NCBI RefSeq assembly: GCF_046237605.1
Contig: NZ_CP143542.1
Location: 1,136,887-1,168,886 of the forward strand
Reading direction: 5' to 3'
Length of the DNA: 32,000 nt
DNA from: Paraperibacillus marinus
GTDB taxonomy: Bacteria; Bacillota; Bacilli; Bacillales; DSM-1321
Shown here: positions 1 through 8,190 of the stretch, piece after piece
Layout of the letters: the number at the start of each line of letters is the position of its first letter
Position numbering within the stretch: position 1 is the first letter of the stretch
Made by a program: the position numbers and the translations under genes
The notes under the pieces: generated by a model
Told to the model about the DNA's origin: nothing
Seen by the model: the letters and a program-made list of their open reading frames with translations, nothing else
Database searches by the model: none

Positions 1-1
1 C

Positions 2-1852
2 GTAAATACGATGTTCCGGGCATTCCTGGGGTCGAACCATGCACCCCAGGTAACGGTATTCACCCCTGCAGATAACAGCGTCATCCCTTCCAATCAAAAT
101 ATTGAACTGTCTTATGCGGTGCAGGATTTTGATATGAAGGATAAAAAAATCCATACAAAGGTTTACTTGAATGATAAACTGATAAATTCCAGGGAAGGAG
201 TGCCGAATGGGACCACCTTGACAGAATCGATACAGCACGGAATGCCTGAGGGCGGCAAGGCAGTCCTGAAAATATCGGCCTCTGACGAAAGCGGCGCCAT
301 CACTGAAAAAATACTTAACCTGAAGGTAGAGAAGGTCCAGACAAATCTCGAAGTGAGCCGGACGGCTGCTCCCGCGGGGGTAATCAAGGCTTTAGATGAG
401 ATTGTCATCACCTACCGGATCAATCCAAAGGATATCAGCGGCGAAATCGCCGCAGCGATCAAAGGGGATGAACTGACAATTTCCCCGCCGGCTTTCCAGG
501 AAAAATTCCCCGCGGGAATCGATGTTTTGTCTGACGGTGATAAAACAGGGGCCGCGGATAAAGGAATTACCTATAAAAAGGTTCTCCCTAAGATTGTATA
601 TAAGCGGGATGGCAATAAGTTCAAGGCAGATCCTGTCGATTTTACTATCAAAATTAAGCCGCTTGTTAAGGAAAGCTTTATCCTTAACGAGTCAGCGATC
701 TCATTTACTGACCTTACAAACAAAAAGGTTACTGCCTCTTTTAACGCACTGACCATTGTTTCAGATATTCCTTTAAAAGGACTGGAATTCCCTGAAAGCT
801 TTGTCCTCAATAAAGGCAACATAAAAAAATTCAGTCTGGATCTGAAAATGATCCCGGAGAATGCAGGCATAAAAGAGGTAGACTGGAAAGAAGATAGCGG
901 CGGCCGTATCCTCAAGATTCTTGACGCGAAAGAAGGAACAGCTGAAGCCCTGAGTGAGGGTAGCACCTATGTACGCGTCAGGGTAACGGACGTTTTTGGA
1001 GGAGTCAAGGAAGCGAGGGCACTGGTGACGGTCCGGATTCCGGTGGAATTCGATGTGAAGGATATCACCTTGTTTGCCGGTGAAACAAAACCGCTGCCAA
1101 TCACCTTCCAGCCTGCAGAGGCAAAGAATTCACTGGAAATCTCGCTGAACGAGAACCAAAAGACAGTGTCCGTCAGCAAAGAGGACTTCAACTTAAAAGG
1201 ACTTGAGCCGGGAGAAACCATCATGACTGTTTCAGGAATTAATTCCGAGGGTGTCAAGATCACAAAGGATCTTAAGGTAACAGTCCTTGAGGTCGAGGTG
1301 ACGGCGATAAAGGCCGCTCCTTCTGTTATTAACATGAATAAGCATGCAACAGCTGTTATCACTGTGTCTGTGCTACCTGAAAATGCAACGAATAAAAAGC
1401 TCGAATGGACTGTCAAGGATCCTACAATCGTCAGGCTCCTTGGAGACGGGAAGATTGAAGGCGTCGGGACAGGGACCACGAAGGTGATCATTTCCACCCC
1501 TGATGGAAGAGTCAAAGCGGAAGTAGTGGTAAATGTCGGACAGCCGCTGGATGGAATATCCCTTAACCCGGCTTCGATCGAACTGGAAAAAGGAATGACA
1601 GCTAACGCCAGGGACTTCCTCGGATATTTCCCAAAGGATGCGACAAATGTGGATATGGAAAGCATACGCTATTCCTCTAGCAAGCCTTATTATGTTGTAG
1701 TCCATTCGGATGGCAATATTCTTGGGAACAGGATTGGCTCTGCAATTGTCACGGTTTCAGTCAAAGATGACAAGGGCAGGGAGTTCACTGAAACCCTGAC
1801 GGTGAAGGTCATCGAGAAAAAGATAGACGGCCAGGGCGATTCATTATATTAA
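2..1852 (+). CDS. Large Big_2 (bacterial Ig-like) repeat surface/secreted protein, 5'-partial (continues upstream of window)
   Basis: The frame is open from nt 2 (gta aat acg precede the first ATG at 11), so the N-terminus lies outside the window. The C-terminal ~350 aa are ~85-90-aa beta-rich modules typical of Big_2 domains (e.g. DITLFAGETKPLPITFQP...GETIMTVSG; AVITVSVLPENATNKKLEWTVKDPTIVRL..GKIEGVGTGTTKVIIS; ISLNPASIELEKGMTA...GSAIVTVSV). No LPXTG sorting signal at the C-terminus. A hairpin plus T-run follows the stop. Confidence 0.7.
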   Translation, partial: VNTMFRAFLGSNHAPQVTVFTPADNSVIPSNQNIELSYAVQDFDMKDKKIHTKVYLNDKLINSREGVPNGTTLTESIQHGMPEGGKAVLKISASDESGAITEKILNLKVEKVQTNLEVSRTAAPAGVIKALDEIVITYRINPKDISGEIAAAIKGDELTISPPAFQEKFPAGIDVLSDGDKTGAADKGITYKKVLPKIVYKRDGNKFKADPVDFTIKIKPLVKESFILNESAISFTDLTNKKVTASFNALTIVSDIPLKGLEFPESFVLNKGNIKKFSLDLKMIPENAGIKEVDWKEDSGGRILKILDAKEGTAEALSEGSTYVRVRVTDVFGGVKEARALVTVRIPVEFDVKDITLFAGETKPLPITFQPAEAKNSLEISLNENQKTVSVSKEDFNLKGLEPGETIMTVSGINSEGVKITKDLKVTVLEVEVTAIKAAPSVINMNKHATAVITVSVLPENATNKKLEWTVKDPTIVRLLGDGKIEGVGTGTTKVIISTPDGRVKAEVVVNVGQPLDGISLNPASIELEKGMTANARDFLGYFPKDATNVDMESIRYSSSKPYYVVVHSDGNILGNRIGSAIVTVSVKDDKGREFTETLTVKVIEKKIDGQGDSLY

Positions 1853-1866
1853 TGCAGGACCTGAGG

Positions 1867-1911
1867 CTGCCCTGCGAGGTTTAGTTCCTCGTTTACGGGC
1901 AGTCCCTTTTT
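1867..1911 (+). terminator. Rho-independent terminator after the Big_2 gene
   Basis: Nested stem: ctgccc(1867-1872)/gggcag(1897-1902), with inner gcgagg/cctcg. Followed by tccc-ttttt (T-run 1907-1911). Confidence 0.55.
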
Positions 1912-1939
1912 ATGTGAAATGCGAATTAAAGGAGTGCTC

Positions 1940-2863
1940 ATGAACAAGAAGCGATTTGCAGCAATATCACTTGTCGTTTTAGTCATCCTGTCTGCAGGCT
2001 TTACGGTTTTTAAGAACAGCGGTCCCGGTACTGCAGAAGAGGCAGCCCAAAAAAGCAGGCTGGTCCAGGCAGCTGCTTCAGGAGATCTGAAAACCGTGAA
2101 AAAACTTACGGAGGAAATGTCTTCTATCCAATTTTCTTTAGGGCCGGAAAAAAAGACACCGCTGGAATATGCGCTTGGAAATGGGAATTTTGAGGTAGCG
2201 GGCTATTTATTGAAACATGGAGCAAAAGACGGCAATAAATCAGGAAGTTCATTGCTGGTTCAGGCGGCAGCGGCCCTGCCCGAGTATTCCCAGACCATGA
2301 ACCAGTCAAGGAAAGTTCGAACTGCCAGGCTTGAATTGCTGAAACAGCTGGTAAAGCGCGATAAAGGCGGGAAAGACGGAAGGGATGCTGCCGGAAATAC
2401 CGCACTCCATCTTGCCGCGGGCAAGGGTGACGGAGAGGCAGTCAGCCTGCTGCTAAAGGCAGGTTTGAACAGTTCGGAACGAAATCTGGCAGGAAAGACT
2501 CCTGTTGAGCTGGCTGTGTTGAGTGCCAAGCCTGGAGCTGTAAAAGCCTTTGCCAAGGAGGAGCGAAGCCTCCTTCACACTAAGAATGAAGAAAATCAAA
2601 ATTTGTGGATCCTCGCTGCCACAGGCGGTGCGCATGAAATTCTCTATTATCTCGGAAAGCATCTTCCTGGATTCATCGATGAACAGGATGATTTCGGAAA
2701 GACCGCACTTATGTATGCCAGTGAATATGGAGATGCCGAAGCGGCCGCCATCTTATTGGAAGCTTCGGCATCACGGGACCTGAAAAGCAAAGAAGGCTTT
2801 ACGGCCCGTGATTATGCTGCTGAATGGAAGCATGAAAGAATTCTGAAGCTCTTAAACAAATAA
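1940..2863 (+). CDS. Secreted or membrane-anchored ankyrin-repeat protein
   Basis: RBS AAAGGAG (1928-1934) lies 5 nt before ATG 1940; the ORF-track start at 1919 has no RBS. N-terminal hydrophobic signal/anchor MNKKRFAAISLVVLVILSAGF. Several ANK-type repeats: TPLEYALGNGNFEVAGYLLKHGA; GNTALHLAAGKGDGEAVSLLLKAGLN; GKTPVELAV; GKTALMYASEYGDAEAAAILLEASA; GFTARDYA. Confidence 0.8.
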   Translation: MNKKRFAAISLVVLVILSAGFTVFKNSGPGTAEEAAQKSRLVQAAASGDLKTVKKLTEEMSSIQFSLGPEKKTPLEYALGNGNFEVAGYLLKHGAKDGNKSGSSLLVQAAAALPEYSQTMNQSRKVRTARLELLKQLVKRDKGGKDGRDAAGNTALHLAAGKGDGEAVSLLLKAGLNSSERNLAGKTPVELAVLSAKPGAVKAFAKEERSLLHTKNEENQNLWILAATGGAHEILYYLGKHLPGFIDEQDDFGKTALMYASEYGDAEAAAILLEASASRDLKSKEGFTARDYAAEWKHERILKLLNK

Positions 2864-2868
2864 ACCTG

Positions 2869-2916
2869 GACTGAAGTCAAGCTTGGTAAAAATCAGGCTT
2901 GAATTCAGTCTTTTTT
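2869..2916 (+). terminator. Rho-independent terminator after the ankyrin gene
   Basis: 14-bp stem gactgaagtcaagc (2869-2882) / gcttgaattcagtc (2897-2910) with 1 mismatch, followed by tttttt (2911-2916). Confidence 0.75.
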
Positions 2917-3019
2917 ATTTGTCTTTTTTTCCATAGAATATCTGGAGGAGAAAAGCAGCTGAAGTTCAACCAAATCATGCTACAGGGAAGGGAATGATTG
3001 AGCAGGAATTTGACGGTGC

Positions 3020-3055
3020 AAAAAAGGGATTTAGAATGCGAGCATTCCAAATCCC
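3020..3055 (-). terminator. Rho-independent terminator of the minus-strand minor-pilin/HExxH operon
   Basis: On the minus strand: gggatttggaatgc-tc-gcattctaaatccc followed by tttttt. On the plus strand this is aaaaaa 3020-3025, then the stem arms 3026-3039 and 3042-3055, with 1 mismatch. It is the first terminator-like structure downstream of the 6592->3113 gene string. Confidence 0.7.
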
Positions 3056-3112
3056 TACTACGGTCAGCCTGTGGCTGGGTTGTCCGGCTTTTCAGTTATA
3101 TGTGCAGCGAAA

Positions 3113-3862
3113 TTAAAAGAGAGAGGCGTCCAGTTCAAAGTACCGGGTTAATGGCATTTTTCTTCCTTCATGATGCCAGGTGTGGTAAGCATTGAATACC
3201 TGATGGACATCATGATCTGCTTTTACTTCTACCAGATATTTCACAGCCAGGAAGCTGCGCCAGTAATTATACATGATGCTTGTGATACTTCCTTGGTATG
3301 TATGGATACCGAACTCATCCAGCGATTGATCTCCAAACCGTTCCTTAAGCAATTTTACCTGTTCGGTCTCGACGGCCGTAATGGACTTGAATTCAGATTC
3401 AGTCAAGAGATATTTTCTTGATAAATAGTCACACATTCCTTCTTCAAACCAAATGCTGTTCTCTCTCTCATCATCGAACTCGTCGACAAAAAGGTCGGAA
3501 TGATGAGTCAATTCATGTCCGGCTATCGCGAGGAGATAGATATCCTGCATATTTGCATAAAATTCCTTTATTCTTGGAGTATGATAACCTTCCATAACTT
3601 CCAGGAAAAAGGCTCTCCACCCTGCTAAATCGGGAGACATGTAAATGATATCCTTGTTGGTGAAGGCAGGAATCGGAACTCTTGAGAAGAAACTCGTGGC
3701 CAAATCCTCTGAAGGCCAGACAATTCCTTTCGGCACATCACATAGTGCGTACTGTTCCTGCAGAACCTGCTGATATTCATCAAGTTTATCTCTGAATCTA
3801 TTGACCAGATCCTGATATGTTTTCATATCTTCTGGATGTTCAAAAGCAAAAATATGTTTCAT
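3113..3862 (-). CDS. Cytoplasmic HExxH zinc-metallopeptidase-like protein (MA-clan/gluzincin-like motif arrangement)
   Basis: 249 aa with no signal peptide or TM segment. Contains IAGHELTHH followed ~20 aa later by WFEEGMCDY, i.e. the HExxH ... (W/N)xEG pattern of MA-clan gluzincins. Starts 32 nt after the stop of the upstream 540-aa pilin-like gene, with a GGAAAGGAAAG RBS. No intervening terminator. Confidence 0.6.
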   Translation of the reverse strand: MKHIFAFEHPEDMKTYQDLVNRFRDKLDEYQQVLQEQYALCDVPKGIVWPSEDLATSFFSRVPIPAFTNKDIIYMSPDLAGWRAFFLEVMEGYHTPRIKEFYANMQDIYLLAIAGHELTHHSDLFVDEFDDERENSIWFEEGMCDYLSRKYLLTESEFKSITAVETEQVKLLKERFGDQSLDEFGIHTYQGSITSIMYNYWRSFLAVKYLVEVKADHDVHQVFNAYHTWHHEGRKMPLTRYFELDASLF

Positions 3863-3894
3863 GAGTCATGCTTTCCTTTCCCGTTAACACCTGT

Positions 3895-5517
3895 TTATTT
3901 TCCTTTTATTTTCTCCATGAGCTCCGGGATCACTTCCAGTCCATCCACCCGTGGCAGTGCCTGAAGCTGATCCAGGAAGAGGCGCTTGTTATTGGTTACG
4001 GTAAACCGGGATTCGTCTGGCTTCATAAGAGGAGTGAAGAGAAGGTCCGCCTCTCCTCCTCTGGCATTGCCCCTGAAGCTGTTCACGACAAGGTCATCAA
4101 AGGAAAAGATGCCGCCGTTGATATTCAAAAGGGAGCCGACTGCATAGATGTCTGCCTGGGAGTTTGTATAAAGGTAGCCGGTTATTTTGTTGGTGTTATT
4201 CCCTAAATCCATGAAGCTGTTGATCCTTGAGATTTCGAGTTTACCCTGTGTCATCAGGATAAGCTGGGCATCCGGCGCTGCTCCGGCTGGATCATCTGAG
4301 CATGAATTTTTGTAACACGTGATATTAACATTCTTAAGGGTCGTGTCGCCCAGGACATATATTACTGAATTAAAGCTCAGCTGACCTGAGATGATGAGAT
4401 TGCCGGTGATGAGGATGTTGGCATTCACATCCATCTGGCTGGAGGCCCTGCTCTCGATTGTGGCATCGCCGTCAATAATCAGCCACTGGTCTTTATCAAG
4501 ATTGAGGTCATCTGTATCAATTTCGGCCGTGCCTTTATAGATGAAGCCTTTTGTGCTGTTATCCCCCGAAAGATTGGAGAAGTTCGTGATCTGCCTGACT
4601 CCGCTTGGCAGATAGCCGCTCAACTTCTCTTTGATATACTGAATCTTTTCTGCATGGGGCAGATCACCATTAAAATCTTTCAGGTCAAAGCCGGTTTCCA
4701 TCAATTTGTCCTGAAAGGTTTTTGGGATGTCCACATCCACAAACTCACTTTTTTCTTCCTCATACAGGGGAGCCTTGGTGCTGAATGCTTCCTGAAGCTG
4801 TCCCGGCAAAATGGACCTCCAATTGCTTTCATTCTTGATCCAGCTGTTCCCTGCGGTGTAGCAGCCGGGACTTGTGCATATATTCAGCGCGCCTTCCTCG
4901 ACAAAGAGCCTGGAGTTTTCCTTAACAGCAGGAAGCTCGGTTGGAGTGGAAAAGTAGTTTTTCTTGTATTTATAATTCGTGTCCCTGCTGATTTGCATAG
5001 GCTTCTTGGAATACAGATTTCCCTGGATATAGGGCGATCCGTTTATGGTAAGCTGTGATCGTGATCCGAGCGCATATTTCAAGAAACTCGGCATGGCAGT
5101 TATGTAGACTTTCTGTTTATGCTCCTCACTTCTTACCTCAATGACCCTGGTGAAGCTGTCTGCACCAATCCGTTTTTTGTATTCTTCGGTTTCTGATAAA
5201 TCCGCCAGTTTAAAGTCCAATTCCTTATTATTAATGGCATTGATGATCTTTTCCTGGAATTTCTTCTTAAACGCTGCTGCATCCTCCTTGAGCAGCTCTT
5301 TTTGATTTAATTTCACATACGACTGGATGAGGGCGGTCCCTTCTTTTACCGCCTTGATGGAATCGAGGTTATCCGTCACTTCCGTTTCCCTGAATTCCGT
5401 GCGTTTTGCGCCGCCGATGCTGACTGACAGCAGCGTGAGGCCCAATATGGCAAAAACTAAAAAGAGAAGCATGACACTCAATAAAGCTGATCCGTTTTGA
5501 TTGTTTTTCATCTGCAT
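3895..5517 (-). CDS. Large PilX_N-like minor pilin / putative pilus tip-associated protein
   Basis: 540 aa. RBS GAGGTG lies 5 nt upstream of the ATG. The N-terminus MQMKNNQNGSALLSVMLLFLVFAILGLTLLSVSIGG resembles the PilX N-terminal hydrophobic domain (G-SALL..., no Glu5). Last pilin-like gene of the minor-pilin operon. The C-terminal half has short Asn/Gly/Ile-rich strand-like repeats (NANILITGNLIISGQLSFNSVIYVLGDTTLKNVNI...). Confidence 0.65.
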   Translation of the reverse strand: MQMKNNQNGSALLSVMLLFLVFAILGLTLLSVSIGGAKRTEFRETEVTDNLDSIKAVKEGTALIQSYVKLNQKELLKEDAAAFKKKFQEKIINAINNKELDFKLADLSETEEYKKRIGADSFTRVIEVRSEEHKQKVYITAMPSFLKYALGSRSQLTINGSPYIQGNLYSKKPMQISRDTNYKYKKNYFSTPTELPAVKENSRLFVEEGALNICTSPGCYTAGNSWIKNESNWRSILPGQLQEAFSTKAPLYEEEKSEFVDVDIPKTFQDKLMETGFDLKDFNGDLPHAEKIQYIKEKLSGYLPSGVRQITNFSNLSGDNSTKGFIYKGTAEIDTDDLNLDKDQWLIIDGDATIESRASSQMDVNANILITGNLIISGQLSFNSVIYVLGDTTLKNVNITCYKNSCSDDPAGAAPDAQLILMTQGKLEISRINSFMDLGNNTNKITGYLYTNSQADIYAVGSLLNINGGIFSFDDLVVNSFRGNARGGEADLLFTPLMKPDESRFTVTNNKRLFLDQLQALPRVDGLEVIPELMEKIKGK

Positions 5518-5529
5518 GTTTTCACCTCA

Positions 5530-6129
5530 TTAAAATCCAAAAGAGCTCTGGAGCACAAGCGGTTTTACATTAATCAGTGAACCTTCCTGATGGCTGCTGT
5601 CATTCAGGACGAGTGTCAGGTTGATTGTACCGTGTTTGAAGCGGCCGGTAACACGGTCTTTCTTAACATTGCTTAATGTGAGGGAAGAGACCCTGACTGC
5701 GCCTGAGTTATCATCTGCTTCCGCAAGTTCGGTGGAATGGGTAAGCAGTTTTATAGGCTCCTCATTGTTCCGCTTTATGGTAATATCATTTTCTTCAATG
5801 GAAATTTTTACGGTGGAGGCAGGCTTGACTGAGTCTTCTATCAGATACCCCTCGACTGTTTTATCTTCATTCCGTACAAGCTCAATTCCTCTTCCATCCT
5901 CCAGGTTCCTTACATAAGTAGGAGGGGAGTTGTACATTTCGTTTAATATCATGGTCGCAATATAATCTGCATTATCACGCAGCCCGCTTTCCACCTGGAT
6001 TTTCTGGTACAGCTTGATGCCTGTCAGAAAAACCGAATAAATCAGTACTGCGGCAATGGCGGATATCACAACAGTCAACAGCAGCTCAATCAGTGTTACT
6101 CCCTTTTCGTTGAAGAATGGCTTATTCAT
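5530..6129 (-). CDS. Minor pilin (PilW-like), prepilin-type N-terminal cleavage/methylation domain
   Basis: N-terminus MNKPFFNEKG|VTLIELLLTVVISAIAAVLIYSVF is a class III signal peptide with Gly-1 and Glu+5. Overlaps the upstream pilin gene by 8 nt (6122-6129). Confidence 0.8.
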   Translation of the reverse strand: MNKPFFNEKGVTLIELLLTVVISAIAAVLIYSVFLTGIKLYQKIQVESGLRDNADYIATMILNEMYNSPPTYVRNLEDGRGIELVRNEDKTVEGYLIEDSVKPASTVKISIEENDITIKRNNEEPIKLLTHSTELAEADDNSGAVRVSSLTLSNVKKDRVTGRFKHGTINLTLVLNDSSHQEGSLINVKPLVLQSSFGF

Positions 6130-6592
6130 TTTTCAGTACCCCTCTGACAATAGCTTCGCGGCCGCCCCATTTTACCTCAACAGCCAGGGGCATGATGTAG
6201 TCACTCAGGTCACCGTCGGCCCTTGAGATGGTCACTTCCGCTTCATAAGTAACGTTGTTCACCTTGGATTGAAAGACCGTTTCACAGTTTCCTTCGAATG
6301 CATCCTTATTCTTTAAACAGTCGCTTAATTGAAGGGTGATCGACTGGGGCGGGCGGGTTGTGCTGTCTTCCGGAAAATATGCATCTTGGATTTTTTCAAA
6401 AGGCTGCCTCTCTACATAATTCAGCACATTCCGAGCCACATTGATGCCGACCGTCTTGCTTTCATTTTGTTTTGTGTGAGTATAAGCCTGGTTAAAAATA
6501 CCCATGGCTGATAACAGCAGAATACCAAGCAGGGTAACGGCAATCAGTACCTCAAGCAGGCTGAAACCCCCGTTTTTATTTAAAATTTTCAT
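6122..6592 (-). CDS. Minor pilin (PilV-like), prepilin-type N-terminal cleavage/methylation domain
   Basis: N-terminus MKILNKNGG|FSLLEVLIAVTLLGILLLSAMGIF is a class III signal peptide (Gly-1, Phe+1, Glu+5). First gene of the minus-strand operon. Confidence 0.8.
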   Translation of the reverse strand: MKILNKNGGFSLLEVLIAVTLLGILLLSAMGIFNQAYTHTKQNESKTVGINVARNVLNYVERQPFEKIQDAYFPEDSTTRPPQSITLQLSDCLKNKDAFEGNCETVFQSKVNNVTYEAEVTISRADGDLSDYIMPLAVEVKWGGREAIVRGVLKNE

Positions 6593-6724
6593 AGTTTACA
6601 TACTTCCTCTTCTTTCAAATTACCTGGCTTTATTATACAATAACTAATAGTCGATATTTGTCTTTTAAGGAAACTTTTTAGGTATTTAGTAATATTGTGA
6701 GATTAAAAGAAGATTTTAGAAGAG
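6593..6724. promoter_or_regulatory. AT-rich divergent intergenic region (presumed promoters for the minor-pilin operon and the plus-strand operon)
   Basis: 132-bp AT-rich spacer between divergently oriented first genes. I could not assign convincing -35/-10 hexamers. Confidence 0.3.
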
Positions 6725-8164
6725 GTGGACCATTTGATAACCGTTTTGCTGGCATGTGCCTCTCTCATCCTTCTTGTGCCGATCCTGCTGCTGCTGGATC
6801 TTGGGATGAGCAAAAAAGGGAAGCTGCTGCTGGGTGCGACAGCGTTTTGCATTTCAGGCCTGTCCCTTATGGCTGAGGGAAGCCTTCCGCTGCAGCAATC
6901 CATCCTGATTGCCCTGCTGCTCGTGCTCCTGTCGGGGCTGATGTATGGAAAAAGATTGGGGAGTTTCATCTTCGCGACGCATGGCGGCGGGAACAAGCCG
7001 GCAATGCCATACTTTGATCATGAAGCGGGCGCATCCAGGGAAGCTGCTGGAAAAGAATTGAATATAGCAGAGAAATTCACTGAAGAAAATGATTCTGCAG
7101 CCGATGAAGTGATTATAGTCTCCAAAACCGAGCTTACGCCACAGCCTCATTCTGGTGCTGACGTGGATGACTGGCTGGAGACCATGGAATTCTCTGAAGC
7201 AGAAGCAGCAGAAGAAGCTGCAAAGCCGGATCTGAATGAGGTTCAAAGTGACGGTTCAACAGGTGAGCTGTCAGAAATAGAACAGCTGCTGGAAATGGCA
7301 GAAGTCGAGGAAATAATAGGAACATCCCCCGCTGTCCCTTCAGTGCCGGATGCAGCAGGCGCCGGACTCGAAGAAGCAGGCATCCCGAAGGATTTTATCC
7401 TTCAGGACATGGATTCTGAGCTTCATCCTTTGGAAGATGAAGCAATGAAACATCTACATATAGAAGCTGATTCAGAATTGCAGCCTCTTCCGCTTTATGA
7501 CTTAGACGCCGTCAATGCCGAAACTGGCAGCGAAGATGCTCTAGAAGCTGAAGTTTTGCCGCCGGCCGGTTTAGACGAAGATGTTCTTCCTCTATTATTG
7601 CTGAAAGAAGCAGAGAATGAGCAGCATGAAGAAAAGGAAGATGAGTTCCTTCCTGGTTTGGAGGAAGCATCTAAGATTGGCTCTGTTTCTGAAGAGCTGG
7701 AGGAGCTGCCGCAGAGGGAAGAGGCTTTATTGGACCATGTTCCTGACCTTTCGGAGGAAACGGACGATTCCATGAAAGACATTCCGGCAGAGGAACCAGC
7801 CGGGCAGGACGATCAGGATGATCATAACTTTGAAAGTGTTCTTATAGAAGAAGAAAAAGCGGAGGCACCGATAACCCGGAGGCAGATAGATAAAGGAGTC
7901 CTGCAGACTATACTGAGCGGGATAGCCATTTCACGGGATGAAACGGATTATCCTTCCTATATAAGGCTTGTGAAGCAGCATATGCATCCGGGGCTGTCTC
8001 CGCAGGATTATTATGTATTTGCTGGTTTATTAATTGAAGAGTATATCCGGCAGGATGATGCGGCAGCATTAGAGCCGCTGCTAAAAGAACTGCAGGAAAG
8101 ATACCTTCCTTATCCAATCATCTTAAGTGAAATAGAATTTTTATATGAAGCCTATTGCAGGTAA
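6725..8164 (+). CDS. Membrane protein with ~3 N-terminal TM helices, a long poly-acidic (D/E/P/A-rich) linker and a small helical C-terminal domain; unknown function
   Basis: 479-aa ORF. The start is uncertain: GTG 6725 or TTG 6734, with GAAGAGG upstream. Hydrophobic N-terminus (LITVLLACASLILLVPILLLLDL; LLLGATAFCISGLSLMA; ILIALLLVLLSGLMYG). Residues ~100-385 are extremely acidic and low-complexity. The C-terminus ...YYVFAGLLIEEYIRQDDAAALEPLLKELQERY... looks helical. First gene of the plus-strand string that runs into pilB. Confidence 0.6.
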   Translation: MDHLITVLLACASLILLVPILLLLDLGMSKKGKLLLGATAFCISGLSLMAEGSLPLQQSILIALLLVLLSGLMYGKRLGSFIFATHGGGNKPAMPYFDHEAGASREAAGKELNIAEKFTEENDSAADEVIIVSKTELTPQPHSGADVDDWLETMEFSEAEAAEEAAKPDLNEVQSDGSTGELSEIEQLLEMAEVEEIIGTSPAVPSVPDAAGAGLEEAGIPKDFILQDMDSELHPLEDEAMKHLHIEADSELQPLPLYDLDAVNAETGSEDALEAEVLPPAGLDEDVLPLLLLKEAENEQHEEKEDEFLPGLEEASKIGSVSEELEELPQREEALLDHVPDLSEETDDSMKDIPAEEPAGQDDQDDHNFESVLIEEEKAEAPITRRQIDKGVLQTILSGIAISRDETDYPSYIRLVKQHMHPGLSPQDYYVFAGLLIEEYIRQDDAAALEPLLKELQERYLPYPIILSEIEFLYEAYCR

Positions 8165-8190
8165 TTTTTAAAGAACAGGTGAGTGTAATC

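Noticed and set aside
967-1665. 232-aa minus-strand ORF, plus other antisense ORFs at 163-411, 571-966 and 1373-1705
   Set aside because: All are antisense to the Big_2 repeat gene. Their composition is Ser/Thr/Phe-rich and low-complexity, and no start context is present. They are shadow ORFs.
2998-3195. 65-aa plus-strand ORF between the ankyrin gene and the HExxH gene
   Set aside because: It overlaps the minus-strand terminator hairpin and the 3' end of the HExxH gene. It has no RBS and a Cys/Arg-rich composition.
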